This document shows positions 1 to 10,077 of a stretch of 64,000 nucleotides of DNA, piece after piece (the first letter of the stretch is position 1; every line of letters starts with the position of its first letter). The stretch comes from Planctomycetota bacterium (GTDB lineage: Bacteria; Planctomycetota; UBA8108; UBA1146), in the NCBI GenBank assembly GCA_013911165.1, contig JACETR010000005.1, forward strand, positions 3,109-67,108, given 5' to 3'. The position numbers were made by a program, and so were the translations under genes. Below the pieces are notes generated by a model. The model ran no database searches and had not been told where the DNA came from. It saw only the letters and a program-made list of their open reading frames with translations.

Positions 1-786
1 CCCGCCTGGAGCCAGGACAAGGGCTGGACCCGATACACAGAAGAAACGGCTGACACTCCGGAAAAAACTGCTGGAGGATGGGGCATCAACCTGTCTGCCA
101 GTTCCGGTGAACTTCGATACGTCCGCCCGATCCGGAACTACTATGGATACAACGGGTCCTATCGAGGCAAGCAGCCTGCACCTGTTCGCGACTTGAAGGT
201 ATTGGCACGTATTTCTGCGATGCCCACATCCAGTGGCGAATCCTCTATCGCCATTGAGATCGACAATTCTCCCTCCACCTATCGCTGGGAGATCCCCTTC
301 TCCACTGGTGAAAGCCGCTTTTTGATCACTGGAAACGAATCCTCAGAAGAAGATTTATGGAAAGACTCCTTTGCCATCGTCCCGGACAGGGAAACCGCTT
401 TGTCGATGGAGGTCGTCGATCGTCACGTGCGCCTCTTCTCCGATGAGAAACTGATCGCACAGATCCCCCTGCCGGACTCCGAGTTGTCGGCTGGCTTGAA
501 GTCCGCAAAAGGCCAAACCATTCGACTGCAGATGAATCGCTGCGGCGGCTATGTTCATCAAGTGCAGGTCTTCCGGGATCTCCACTGGACAGGAAACGGG
601 AATCATGCGGTGACTGGACCCTTCCAGATTGATCAGGGAAGATACTTCGTATTGGGGGACAACAGTCCCTCCAGTCTGGACTCGAGATATTGGGGGTCAT
701 TCTCCCGATCGAATCTGCTCGGACGAGGATTTGTGATCTTTTGGCCGGCCCTGCCCTGGCGAAATGAAAGTGGCTTTATCCGATGA
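1..786 (+). CDS. lepB: Signal peptidase I, 5'-truncated by the window edge (frame 1 is open from nt 1; the listed ORF start at 193 is a TTG and probably internal)
   Basis: C-terminal SPase I box E 'GDNSPSSLDSRYWG' followed by 'LLGRGFVIFWP'. No stop in frame from nt 1. The stop overlaps the lptB start (ATGA). Confidence 0.7.
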   Translation, partial: PAWSQDKGWTRYTEETADTPEKTAGGWGINLSASSGELRYVRPIRNYYGYNGSYRGKQPAPVRDLKVLARISAMPTSSGESSIAIEIDNSPSTYRWEIPFSTGESRFLITGNESSEEDLWKDSFAIVPDRETALSMEVVDRHVRLFSDEKLIAQIPLPDSELSAGLKSAKGQTIRLQMNRCGGYVHQVQVFRDLHWTGNGNHAVTGPFQIDQGRYFVLGDNSPSSLDSRYWGSFSRSNLLGRGFVIFWPALPWRNESGFIR

Positions 787-1505
787 TTTTGACCGTCAGA
801 AATCTGTGCAAGTCCTACGGCAATCGAAGAGTCGCAGATCGGGTCTCCTTTGACGTCCCCCCCGGTGCGGTGATCGGGCTGTTGGGAAAAAATGGTGCCG
901 GAAAAACCACCACATTTCGCATGACGATGGGAATGATTCGGTCCGATCAGGGGCAAGTGTTTTTCAATGGCGAAGAAATCTCCGCCTTGCCGATGTACCA
1001 AAGAGCCCGAAAAGGTATGGGCTACCTTCCTCAGGAATCTTCCGTTTTTCGTGGATTGACGGTGAGACAAAATTTGATGGCGATCCTGGAAACCCGCCCT
1101 CTCAGTGAACCTGAGCAGGCTGATCGCCTTGAAGAATTAATTGAGGAATTCGGCCTTCAGCGAGTCGTCGACAGTCGCGGAGAAGTCTTGTCCGGTGGTG
1201 AGAAAAGAAGGCTGGAAGTCGCCCGTGCACTCGTTTCGGAGCCCTCACTGATTCTTCTCGATGAACCCTTCAGTGGGGTCGACCCCATCGCCGTGGCAGA
1301 TCTTCAGGAAGTGATTCGTTACCTCTCTGAGGAACGCGGTATCGGCGTTCTTCTCACAGACCATAACGTCCGCGAAACCCTGAATGTCTGTGACCGTTCC
1401 TACATCATTTACGACGGTCGCATCATCGCTCAGGGCGACCAGCAAGAGATCCTCAAAAACGCAGACGCCCGCAGGTATTACCTCGGCGAACAGTTTTCGA
1501 TGTGA
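783..1505 (+). CDS. lptB: LPS export ABC transporter ATP-binding protein LptB
   Basis: Walker A 'LLGKNGAGKTTTF', 'YLPQESSVFRGLTV', ABC signature 'LSGGEKRRLEVARAL', Walker B 'LILLDEPFSGVDP'. Length of 240 aa is typical for LptB. Confidence 0.85.
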   Translation: MILTVRNLCKSYGNRRVADRVSFDVPPGAVIGLLGKNGAGKTTTFRMTMGMIRSDQGQVFFNGEEISALPMYQRARKGMGYLPQESSVFRGLTVRQNLMAILETRPLSEPEQADRLEELIEEFGLQRVVDSRGEVLSGGEKRRLEVARALVSEPSLILLDEPFSGVDPIAVADLQEVIRYLSEERGIGVLLTDHNVRETLNVCDRSYIIYDGRIIAQGDQQEILKNADARRYYLGEQFSM

Positions 1506-1515
1506 GGGAAAGAAG

Positions 1516-1932
1516 ATGAAGAACTCTTCCCCCCACTTGGGGCTTTTACTGCCGGCATGGGTGATTCCAGGTTCCGCGCATGTCCTCATGGGAGAAAAAC
1601 TGCGCGGCTGGGCAATCCTCGTTTTAATCAATGGCCTCTGGATAGCGGGGGTTCTGCTCTCGGATTTCGAGGCGATTTCCAGAAGCTTCAATCCCTACCT
1701 GTTCTGGTTGAGTTCTGGGTGCGGATTAACCCCCATCGTTGAGATGACCCTTTCACCTGCCGCAGATAATGTGATGCACGGCCTCGCCAGCGTGAATACC
1801 TACAAGGATGTCTCCCGCTTCAATGACACCGGTGTTCATATGGCCTGTTTTGCGGGTTTGCTGAACCTGTTGGCGATGCTCGATGTGGCAGACAGGGTAG
1901 TCGCTCCCCAAAGCGACGAGAGTCAGCAATGA
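1516..1932 (+). CDS. Small integral membrane protein, function unknown
   Basis: ATG at 1516 preceded by 'gagggaaagaag'. Hydrophobic segments 'LGLLLPAWVIPG', 'GWAILVLINGLWIAGVLL', 'MACFAGLLNLLAML'. The ORF track start at 1384 lies inside lptB and is unlikely. Confidence 0.5.
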   Translation: MKNSSPHLGLLLPAWVIPGSAHVLMGEKLRGWAILVLINGLWIAGVLLSDFEAISRSFNPYLFWLSSGCGLTPIVEMTLSPAADNVMHGLASVNTYKDVSRFNDTGVHMACFAGLLNLLAMLDVADRVVAPQSDESQQ

Positions 1933-2114
1933 TTGAGGCCCTGATCTTTCTCGCACTGTGCGCCTGCCTTTCATCTGTTCACGTCCTCGTGACACTCCGT
2001 CAACGTAAGCCCGAGTCGATCCTGCGAGAGATCTCCACCCATTTCATTTTTCTGACCGGTTTGATCATTCTCATCGGAGGGGTGATTCAGGGGCTCTCGC
2101 TGGCCTTTCAGTAA
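1929..2114 (+). CDS. Small two-TM membrane protein, function unknown
   Basis: 61-aa ORF whose ATG overlaps the upstream stop (ATGA). Two hydrophobic stretches ('IEALIFLALCACLSSVHVLV', 'FIFLTGLIILIGGVIQGL'). Confidence 0.35.
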   Translation: MIEALIFLALCACLSSVHVLVTLRQRKPESILREISTHFIFLTGLIILIGGVIQGLSLAFQ

Positions 2115-2141
2115 GTGGTCTGATTGGGTACGATACTAACT

Positions 2142-2517
2142 TGTGAGCGAGTGTAGCGGTCGCGCCTCGAACTTGTTCGGGGCGAGGAAAGTCCGAGCTC
2201 CACAGGGCAGGGTGGTGGGTAACGCCCACCGGGAGCAATCCCAGGGAAAGTGCCACAGAAAAGATACCGCCTGTGTCTATGATGCAGGTAAGGGTGAAAT
2301 GGTGAGGTAAGAGCTCACCGCGGGGGCGGTGACGTCCCTGGCAGGGTAAACCCCACCCGGAGAAAGACCAAACAGAGACGAAGGAGTGCCCACTCCGCTC
2401 CCGCTTGCGGGAATAGGTCCGGGTAGGTCGTTAGAGCCCCTTGGCAACAGGGGGCCCAGAGGAATGACCGCACACCGCTTTTGCGGTGAACAGGACTCGG
2501 CTTACCGCTCGCTCACA
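2142..2517 (+). ncRNA. rnpB: RNase P RNA, bacterial type A
   Basis: Universal motifs are present: 'gaggaaagtccgagctccacagggcagggtggtgggtaacgcccaccg', 'gggaaagtgccacagaaaa', 'ggtaagggtgaaatggtgaggtaagagctcaccg', 'ggtaaaccccacccggag', 'acaggactcggcttac'. The 5' 'tgtgagcgag' pairs with the 3' 'ctcgctcaca' (P1). A T-run follows. Confidence 0.93.
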
Positions 2518-2655
2518 TTTTTTATTTTCAAGGCCGTATTTGAAGTACAAAGGCCTCACGGGTTCTCCCCCCATACCACCGAACTTGACTGAATCTGACA
2601 AATCGTCATCATTCGGGAACCTTCGAGCCTGATTTACCCGTGGGAGGTTGCCGAC

Positions 2656-4053
2656 GTGAATGCTGAATCATCTGAATCGACCGGGTTGAAGGGTCTTCAG
2701 GAGAAATTGTTCCAGCCTGTTGATATTGCCTGGCTGGTCGCATTTCGAATCATCACCGGTGGCCTGATGTTTTTTGAGATGGTCCGGTATCTCGCTGAAG
2801 GCTGGCTCGAGAGTTACTACATCAACACCCCCTTCCACTTCAAATTTTTTGGATTCTCATGGGTCCAACAGTTGCCTTACGACTGGGCGATGCAGGGTGT
2901 CTTTCTCATTCTGATCGCCGCCAGTCTCGGAGTCACTCTGGGATACCGGTATCGGCTTTCTGCGACACTCCAGTTTCTGGGATTCACCTACCTCTTTCTG
3001 CTGGATGCTGCCGGCTACCGCAATCACTGGTACCTGCTGTGTGTGCTCTGCTTTTTCCTCATCTTCATGCCTGCACACCGGGCTTTTTCGATGGACTGCA
3101 GCCGGATTCAGGGATTGAGACAGGATTGGTGCCAACGCTGGATGCTGTGGCTGATTCGAGGGCAACTGGCCGTCGTTTATTTCTTTGCCGGAATTGCCAA
3201 ACTAGACCGGGGCTGGATGAGCGGTGACTCGATTCGAGTCATCTTTGCAGACGAAGGCCACTCCCCCGAATTGCTCAATTTCCTCTACCAACCAGCAGTC
3301 ACCGAGTTTTTCGTGTGGTCCGGAATGCTGTTTGACCTGACGATTCCATTCTTCCTATTCTGGAAGCGGACTCGGGTCCTGGCGTTTTTCGGAGCTGCGG
3401 CGTTCCACCTGACCAACGGTGTCTTTCTGGTCAGCGTCGGCATCTTCCCCTGGTTCATGCTGATGGCCGGCACCCTCTACTTCGACGCAGACTGGCCCAG
3501 GCGCCTCCTTGCCCGTTGGGGGCTCGCTTCCGGAGCCAAGATTCCCATCCCCGCTCAGGTTGCCCCGGAAAAAGACGATGTTCCCCTGGGAAGAAAATGG
3601 CTGGTGGGATTACTCGCGGTCTACTTTGTCGTTCAGCTCCTGATGCCCTTAAGGCAGTACCTCTACGACGGGTACACTTCCTGGACCCATGAAGGACACC
3701 GGTGGTCCTGGCGAATGAAACTGGTGAACAAGCAGGTTGGGAAAATTGAGATCTTTACCTTCGATCCCGACAGTGGCAAACGGATCGAACTGACCCCCAA
3801 TTACACCAATGTCCTCGTCCGCTGGCAGCAAAGCATCGTTGCCAAACAGCCGGATCTGTTACTGCAATTCACGAGGGATCTTGGCGATAAACTGGAAGAA
3901 AAACAGGGCAAACGCTATCCGATACACGCCAATGTAGAACTCAGTATTAACGGTAAACCTCCCGCACCGCTTTATGATCCGACCGTGGATCTCTCACGGG
4001 TTGAGTGGTCATTGGCAAAGAAAGATTGGCTTCTTCCCTATCCGGGCGATTGA
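2656..4053 (+). CDS. HTTM domain protein (vitamin K-dependent gamma-carboxylase-like membrane protein)
   Basis: N-terminal 'DIAWLVAFRIITGGLMFFEMVRY', several TM segments, 'NHWYLLCVLCFFLIF', and a C-terminal soluble region containing 'HRWSWRMKL'. The architecture matches the HTTM/VKGC family by recognition only. Confidence 0.75.
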   Translation: MNAESSESTGLKGLQEKLFQPVDIAWLVAFRIITGGLMFFEMVRYLAEGWLESYYINTPFHFKFFGFSWVQQLPYDWAMQGVFLILIAASLGVTLGYRYRLSATLQFLGFTYLFLLDAAGYRNHWYLLCVLCFFLIFMPAHRAFSMDCSRIQGLRQDWCQRWMLWLIRGQLAVVYFFAGIAKLDRGWMSGDSIRVIFADEGHSPELLNFLYQPAVTEFFVWSGMLFDLTIPFFLFWKRTRVLAFFGAAAFHLTNGVFLVSVGIFPWFMLMAGTLYFDADWPRRLLARWGLASGAKIPIPAQVAPEKDDVPLGRKWLVGLLAVYFVVQLLMPLRQYLYDGYTSWTHEGHRWSWRMKLVNKQVGKIEIFTFDPDSGKRIELTPNYTNVLVRWQQSIVAKQPDLLLQFTRDLGDKLEEKQGKRYPIHANVELSINGKPPAPLYDPTVDLSRVEWSLAKKDWLLPYPGD

Positions 4054-4054
4054 T

Positions 4055-5242
4055 TCACGGCAGAGGAAAGCGGAGATCAACCAACTCATTCAGCCTGCCG
4101 GGAATCTCAGGGCCAACATAAATCAGAAACTTCTTTCCGGACCCGAGTTCTCCGTCCTCCAATGCGGTGTACTTTGTGAACTCAGGCAGGGAGTCTCCCC
4201 CTCCTGAGCCCGGCGACTTCATGTGAATCAATGCCCTGAGACAGTCTTTGGTAAACTCCAGCAATCCATGCATCCCCCTCGAATTCGAAAGAGCATTGTT
4301 CCACGCGTCTTCACCCAGAATCAGAACTTTGGTGTAGATGGCATACCAGGGAATCTCAGGCAACTTTGAAAACCCGGTCAGCGTATCCAGATTCTCAAGA
4401 TCATTGAGGAGCCGCAGTTGGTGAGTCAGGTAGAAATAAATATCCGGCTCATGGATGTACCCCATTACTCCAGAAGGAAAAAAACTGCTTCGATTGACCT
4501 GAACCAGTTCGATGCTCCCCAGAATCTCCGTCATAAACGCCCTCCGTATGGAGGTCAGCGGAGATTCCACCATTTCGATGGTTTCCAGAAGGCGTTGCGC
4601 ATTTCCCAAAGAATCGGAGGAGTCTTCACAGGCCAGTTGATTCAGCCAGAAATTCTTCAGGAAATCTCCCAATATGGCTTGGCGGACCAACTCCTCGACC
4701 ATGGTGCCCCCGGCACACAGACTGTCGTTGGCCTTCAAAGCCTCGATCATCAGGGTAGTGACCTGTTTGCAGTCTCCAACAGCCCGTGCAGCGGAGGACA
4801 GCGAGGCCAACCTTGAACGTATTCCGGTGTAATTGAATGAATCCAGGTGTGCAGTTTCTGAGTTCATCGGCGGCCGACCCGGCAAGGATTCGACAACAGC
4901 CAGAAATTCCTGGTCGTAAGCCATGACCGCCTCCACGGCCCCCTGAGGGTCCGGCGGCGAATCCGGGTCGACATCCAATCGACTGGAATTCTTCGACAGA
5001 AACTGATCGACCTCTTCTCTGGACTTCAGGGGAAACAGCCCGGGGTCCCGGTCTGCAACGATGGACTGAGCATAATCACTGAAATCTTCAAACCCTGCAG
5101 AGCGATAGATCTCTTGCATCGTTCTCAGATTTCGATTGCGGAACTCTTGTGCCACCATGACCAGCAAAAGAAGAATGGCCAAAGTGGATATGGAAAGGGC
5201 TACGAAACCTTTCTTTCCCATCCAGCGTGGAATGATCAGCAT
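4055..5242 (-). CDS. Membrane-anchored protein of unknown function
   Basis: Signal-anchor 'MGKKGFVALSISTLAILLLLVMVAQEF' followed by a ~350-aa largely helical region. Chosen start ATG at 5242 overlaps the upstream stop (ATGCTGA). Alternative starts are 5221 or 5341. Confidence 0.5.
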   Translation of the reverse strand: MLIIPRWMGKKGFVALSISTLAILLLLVMVAQEFRNRNLRTMQEIYRSAGFEDFSDYAQSIVADRDPGLFPLKSREEVDQFLSKNSSRLDVDPDSPPDPQGAVEAVMAYDQEFLAVVESLPGRPPMNSETAHLDSFNYTGIRSRLASLSSAARAVGDCKQVTTLMIEALKANDSLCAGGTMVEELVRQAILGDFLKNFWLNQLACEDSSDSLGNAQRLLETIEMVESPLTSIRRAFMTEILGSIELVQVNRSSFFPSGVMGYIHEPDIYFYLTHQLRLLNDLENLDTLTGFSKLPEIPWYAIYTKVLILGEDAWNNALSNSRGMHGLLEFTKDCLRALIHMKSPGSGGGDSLPEFTKYTALEDGELGSGKKFLIYVGPEIPGRLNELVDLRFPLP

Positions 5243-5931
5243 TGGAGTACCCGGCCACAAAAGTTGCAGCAGACCACTTCCTTCTCCTGACGGATACGCT
5301 CCATCAATTGCGGTGCCAATGAAACGTGACAGCCACCACAAGTTCCCCCTGCTGCGGAGACGAGAATTTTCGATCCGAGGGAAGGCTGTAAACGATCAAA
5401 GATCGCCAGCAGCTCTTCATCGACGGTTTCACGAGCCTCCCTGAGAGGAGTCTCCATTTGCCCGATCTCCTTCTCGAAGTCGCTGTTTTCTTCGGTCACA
5501 CGGGATTTGAGTTCCTGATATTCGCTTCTGGCATTACCCAGTCTTTGATCGAGATCATTCAATCCGCCTTCGATCTCCTCAATCTTTGAAAAGATGGTCA
5601 AAAGGTTTTCTTCCAAAGCGGATTTGTCGGTTTCGTACTTCTCAATCTGCCCACGGAGCCCTGAATATTCTGTCGCTTGAGTCGCACTGGAAAGTTGATC
5701 CTGAGTCTTTGAAATCTTGCTTTCCAAATCAGCGATGTCTGCTTCAAATTTCCGGGCCAGACCCCGTCCCTGTTCCATGCGCTCTTCGTGAGGAGCTCTC
5801 TCCGCCAACATTTGAGCGACCGCCTCCTCGAACTCAGAGACCTTTTGGTTTCTTTTGTCTATCTCCGAACGGAAGAGTTCAATCTTCGCAAAGAGATCCT
5901 GGTATTGACGCAGTTGATCGAGTTTTTCCAA
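5236..5931 (-). CDS. Coiled-coil protein with C-terminal C4 zinc ribbon (COG1579/DUF164-like)
   Basis: Long heptad-rich region and terminal 'CGGCHVSL...VVCCNFCGRVL'. The ORF-track GTG start at 6084 lies within the rpoD terminator hairpin, so TTG at 5931 ('LEKLDQLRQYQ') or ATG at 6009 is more likely. The start is uncertain. Confidence 0.6.
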   Translation of the reverse strand: MEKLDQLRQYQDLFAKIELFRSEIDKRNQKVSEFEEAVAQMLAERAPHEERMEQGRGLARKFEADIADLESKISKTQDQLSSATQATEYSGLRGQIEKYETDKSALEENLLTIFSKIEEIEGGLNDLDQRLGNARSEYQELKSRVTEENSDFEKEIGQMETPLREARETVDEELLAIFDRLQPSLGSKILVSAAGGTCGGCHVSLAPQLMERIRQEKEVVCCNFCGRVLQC

Positions 5932-6039
5932 CGAACCATCTCGCTTCCCGAAGCAGGTAAATGAAGCGCTCTCACAGATACTCAGAATCCAGCGCCTGCA
6001 CTTCATCATAATCGCAGGGTTCCGTATCTTCAAATCAAG

Positions 6040-6073
6040 AAAAAAGGCCCGCAGCCAAAGACGGCTACGGGCC
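6040..6073 (-). terminator. Rho-independent terminator downstream of rpoD
   Basis: On the minus strand, 'ggcccgtagccg-tcttt-ggctgcgggcc' forms a hairpin that is followed directly by 'tttttt'. Confidence 0.6.
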
Positions 6074-6095
6074 TTGTTATCCACTCATCACTTGA

Positions 6096-7988
6096 TTACT
6101 CGTCGAGGAATCCTTCGAGGTGTCTGGAGCGAATCGGGTGCTGAAGTTTCTTCACCGCTTTCGCTTCAATCTGACGCACCCGCTCTCGGGTCACCTTGAA
6201 GATCTTTCCGACCTCTTCCAGTGTGTAGGTGTAACCATCTTCCAGGCCATAGCGAAGCTTGATGATTTCACGCTCACGGTAGGTCAGGGTCTTGAGGACG
6301 TCCTTGAGGCGATCCTTGAGCATTTCGTGGGTCGCCGTGTGAATCGGTGATTCCACATTCTGATCCTCAATGAAGTCACCAAAGAAACCGTCGTCACTGT
6401 CCCCGATCGGGCGATCCAGCGAGATCGGATGTTTGGAAATCTTCAGCACCTTGCGAACTTCTTCTTCAGGAAGTTCCAACTCGATGGCGATTTCCTTCAT
6501 GCTCGGCTCATAACCCAGTTTCTGCATCAGCTTCTTGGTCGCGTTCCGGACCTTGCTCATCGTTTCGATCATGTGCACTGGAATACGGATCGTTCTTGCC
6601 TGGTCCGCAATGGAACGGGTGATCGCCTGGCGAATCCACCATGTGGCATAGGTCGAAAACTTGTATCCACGGCGGTATTCGTATTTCTCCACCGCCTTCA
6701 TCAAACCGGTGTTGCCCTCCTGAATCAGATCGAGGAAGGAAAGTCCGCGGTTGCGGTACCGCTTGGCAATCGAGACGACCAGACGAAGGTTACCTGCGGA
6801 CAGTTTGCGCTTGGCGATCTCATATCGATTGAACTGGCGATTCATTCTCACCACACGTTCACCGAAAGGATCGGTCAGCTCCATGACCATGACCGCAATC
6901 TCGGAGATATTGGATTCTTCCAACTCCATCGTTTCCTTGTCCGTCTTACGACGGCCACGACGATTCTTGATCTCCTGAATACGATTTCTGGATTTGCGAA
7001 TCTTTCTCCAGTGGCCTCGCATCGTATCGCGAAGATTGTCGAGAATATCCCGCTTGAAAACCAACTCACCGAGCAACAGACCGATCTTGTGTGCCCGCTC
7101 ATGAACTTTCTCGCGAATCTTGTCCTTGTAGCGGTCGGTCAGTTTGCTGGAATCCAACTTTTTCTTGTCGGCCAAATTTAATTGGTAAAGCCGTTCGATG
7201 GTCGCCAGATTCTGCCCCATACGCTGAAGCATGTCTTCCCGGCTCGGCTCCCCGGATGAGGGCGTCAATTTGATGACCTTGTCGATGGCCTGATCACCGC
7301 AGAGAACCTCCTGACACAAACGGATCATTTGGCTCTGGCAGAAGCCCGAGGAATAGATCGCCGTTCGATAATAGTCTCGGCAGGTTTCGATGGTTTTCGC
7401 CAGAAGCAGCTCTTCTGCACGGGTCAACAGTGGAATTTCACCCATTTGGGTGAGGTACATGCGCACCGGATCGTCGATCTTTTCGCCGGTGAAATCAGGC
7501 TCATCCGGAATATCGTCGATCTTGACCGGATCGTCAGTGATTTCGAGATCGTGCGCCTCGAGCAGATCGTAAACGGCATCGATACGCTCGGGGGTGTTGC
7601 ACTCTTCGGGGAAGCACTGATTGAATTGCTCAAAGGTGATGTGCCCCTGCGCTTTTCCGATTTCCAGAAGGCGCTCGAGGCCTTCCTCCATGGTGCGCTT
7701 TTGCTTGCTGAAATCCCGTGAAGCGGGACGACCGGAAGCAATCTTCGGGATCTCCTCAAGGGGCATGCGATTTTCATCGTCATCGATGGGCCCGATCTCA
7801 ACCTCGGGGCTATCGGTGCCGAGAGTTGGCAGGTCGTCTTCCTCGCTCTCCAGTTCCTCCTCTTCGCCCTCGTCCAATTCAGCGACGCCGATTTCAGAAT
7901 CGTCGCCCTGGAACTGGTCTTCTTTGGAGCTCATGGAGTGGCTGGTGTGGTCTTGGTCACCCCCATCGATCAACATCGAATCACTCAT
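6096..7988 (-). CDS. rpoD: RNA polymerase primary sigma factor (sigma-70), with an acidic N-terminal extension
   Basis: Region 2 '[27 protein letters not shown]', region 4 '[27 protein letters not shown]'. Overlaps the dnaG stop by 8 nt. Confidence 0.95.
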   Translation of the reverse strand: MSDSMLIDGGDQDHTSHSMSSKEDQFQGDDSEIGVAELDEGEEEELESEEDDLPTLGTDSPEVEIGPIDDDENRMPLEEIPKIASGRPASRDFSKQKRTMEEGLERLLEIGKAQGHITFEQFNQCFPEECNTPERIDAVYDLLEAHDLEITDDPVKIDDIPDEPDFTGEKIDDPVRMYLTQMGEIPLLTRAEELLLAKTIETCRDYYRTAIYSSGFCQSQMIRLCQEVLCGDQAIDKVIKLTPSSGEPSREDMLQRMGQNLATIERLYQLNLADKKKLDSSKLTDRYKDKIREKVHERAHKIGLLLGELVFKRDILDNLRDTMRGHWRKIRKSRNRIQEIKNRRGRRKTDKETMELEESNISEIAVMVMELTDPFGERVVRMNRQFNRYEIAKRKLSAGNLRLVVSIAKRYRNRGLSFLDLIQEGNTGLMKAVEKYEYRRGYKFSTYATWWIRQAITRSIADQARTIRIPVHMIETMSKVRNATKKLMQKLGYEPSMKEIAIELELPEEEVRKVLKISKHPISLDRPIGDSDDGFFGDFIEDQNVESPIHTATHEMLKDRLKDVLKTLTYREREIIKLRYGLEDGYTYTLEEVGKIFKVTRERVRQIEAKAVKKLQHPIRSRHLEGFLDE

Positions 7989-10077
7989 GGATGGTTCTCT
8001 CCTGCTCTTCGCTCTTTTGGGTCAATGTCGACCCAAGGGACTCTAATTCAAACCTATTGATGATTTCGTCGACCTGCGACGGATTATCGAAAAGAAATTT
8101 ACTGCTTGTTAATGTTTGTATCTGATCATTGATGCTCTGGATCTGTTCTCTCGCTTCGCCTTTACGGACGAGCTGGTGGCGTTTTCTCTCCAACTCTGAG
8201 ACCAGAATCTCTGCGATGTACTGTGGTACCAAGAGGTTACGTTCATCCGGATCCGGGATCATCTCATCTTCCACGGAAATAAAGGAAAGAATATCGAGAA
8301 TTAACGACTTGAGACCGGAACTCGACACCTCCTCGGGATCGGGAACCCCCCTCTGGGAAATGATCAGCAAAGCCAGCTCCCGATGGAGGGGCGCACGCCA
8401 GCGCTCTGGAGGATGAATTCGGAAAAGGGGTCGACAATACGACTCATCACGGAGCACCATTTTGATCATGATATGCTCATCTTCAGGAACATGAGCAGCC
8501 TCAGGACTCCCCGGAGACGCGTCAGCGGGCTTCTCCACCCCTGATTCCCCCACATGAGGTGATCCCGGCCCGTAATCGCCCAGGATGACTTCGGTCTCAA
8601 GGGAGGAGTCCTCAACGATCGGTACAGGACCCTCATCAAAGTTTCCCGGACCTCCTCTACCAGATGATCCCCTGCCAGATGATCCCCTGCCTGTAGGTCC
8701 CCTGCGGGTAGGCCGTTGATCCCGATCCGCCAGAAAATCCTGATGAATCGAGGCTTCTGACCAGCGGGTCTCTAAGGAGATTCTGCGAACCGCTTCTTCC
8801 AGGGGAATCTGCCCCATATCGGAAAGAGGTTCGAGAACACGCCGGGAGAGTTCCTTGCGGACCCTCGAAACGGTCCTCATCGAACTGACTCCGGGCTCAA
8901 ACTCGTGTTGTTCCAGAATATCCCTGATCAGAAACTCCAATGAAGAGATCCCAGCGGCGAGGAAAGACTCATACGCTTCCTTCCCACCTTCGGCAGAGAG
9001 CAGATCACACGGATCGACCCCCGACTCAAGGATGACGACGCGAACCTCTACTTCAGTTCCCAAAAACAATTCACAACATTTGGAAGCTGCTTTTTTTCCT
9101 GCCTCATCCCCGTCAAAAAGGAGATCGACACGATCGACCTTCCGGGAGATCAGCTGGACCCCCTCCTCAGTCAAAGCTGTTCCAAGCACGGCCACGGTGT
9201 TTCCGAATCCGTACTGGTGAGCCATGATGACATCGGTGTAACCCTCTGACAGAACCAGACTGCGGCCCCGGCGAATTTGGTCGAGACCCTGATGGTATCC
9301 GTAGAGAACCTTTCCCTTGCTGTAGACTCGGGTCTCCGGCGAGTTGATGTACTTCGCCGGTGTCAGTCCCGGTTTCTCCACCCCCGAGCCGAGATGGCGC
9401 CCCCCGAATGCGATCACTTCACCGGTTTCACGGGCCTGACCTTTTGCCGGGCGGATAATCGGGAAAATGATGCGATCCCGGAAAGCATCGTAGTAAGTCC
9501 CCTCTCGGCCCTCCTTCAGCAGACCCAATTCACAGGCACGTTTCATCGCAGCCTCAGGGTCTCCCGCTTTCTTGAGGGTGTTGGTCAGGGAATCAAATCC
9601 GGGAGGAGCGAAGCCGATACGGAATTTGCGGATCATGTCGGGGCGAAAGCCACGTTTCTTGAGGTTCTCACGGGCGTCTTTACCACTCGGTGATTCCAGT
9701 TGGCGGATGAACCATTCGGTCACCCACTCAAGCATCTCCAGGTCCTTGTCCCTTTGGGCCGCGACCTCCGGGTCTACCGGGCGTCGACGAAACTCGATCC
9801 CCGCCTCCTGAGCCAAATGCTCCATCGATTCCAGAAAATCAAGGTTGTATCGTTTCTGGATGAAGGCAAAGACATCACCACCCTCATTACATGCCCAGCA
9901 CTTGAAGGTCCCGCGATCGGGATCAACGTCCATCGACGGATTACTGTCATCGTGGAAGGGACAAAGCCCCTTGAAAACTCGACCCCTTTGAACCAGATCC
10001 ACATATTTGCCGACCACCTGCTCGATGGGATTGGCATCACGGATTCGTTCGCGGTCTTCGTTTTCCAGAATGGACAA
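7981..10077 (-). CDS. dnaG: DNA primase
   Basis: Zinc finger '[34 protein letters not shown]'. TOPRIM motifs '[12 protein letters not shown]' and '[14 protein letters not shown]'. Classic dnaG-rpoD arrangement. Confidence 0.9.
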   Translation of the reverse strand: MSILENEDRERIRDANPIEQVVGKYVDLVQRGRVFKGLCPFHDDSNPSMDVDPDRGTFKCWACNEGGDVFAFIQKRYNLDFLESMEHLAQEAGIEFRRRPVDPEVAAQRDKDLEMLEWVTEWFIRQLESPSGKDARENLKKRGFRPDMIRKFRIGFAPPGFDSLTNTLKKAGDPEAAMKRACELGLLKEGREGTYYDAFRDRIIFPIIRPAKGQARETGEVIAFGGRHLGSGVEKPGLTPAKYINSPETRVYSKGKVLYGYHQGLDQIRRGRSLVLSEGYTDVIMAHQYGFGNTVAVLGTALTEEGVQLISRKVDRVDLLFDGDEAGKKAASKCCELFLGTEVEVRVVILESGVDPCDLLSAEGGKEAYESFLAAGISSLEFLIRDILEQHEFEPGVSSMRTVSRVRKELSRRVLEPLSDMGQIPLEEAVRRISLETRWSEASIHQDFLADRDQRPTRRGPTGRGSSGRGSSGRGGPGNFDEGPVPIVEDSSLETEVILGDYGPGSPHVGESGVEKPADASPGSPEAAHVPEDEHIMIKMVLRDESYCRPLFRIHPPERWRAPLHRELALLIISQRGVPDPEEVSSSGLKSLILDILSFISVEDEMIPDPDERNLLVPQYIAEILVSELERKRHQLVRKGEAREQIQSINDQIQTLTSSKFLFDNPSQVDEIINRFELESLGSTLTQKSEEQERTIHE

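Noticed and set aside
2071-2592. Short ORFs 2071-2256 (-) and 2386-2592 (+)
   Set aside because: They lie within the RNase P RNA gene, which explains the region.
6077-6085. Near-perfect DnaA box 'ttatccact' (8/9 match to TTATCCACA)
   Set aside because: It is a single isolated copy next to the rpoD terminator. An 8-mer match is expected by chance roughly once or twice in 64 kb on two strands, and no cluster is present.
6429-7181. 250-aa plus-strand ORF, plus several shorter ones across 6.1-8.1 kb
   Set aside because: They are antisense to rpoD, whose identity is unambiguous.
8640-8710. Short tandem repeats considered as a possible CRISPR or minisatellite
   Set aside because: There are only two to three copies of a 15-mer with no spacers, in frame within dnaG. 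This is a coding low-complexity linker, not a CRISPR array.
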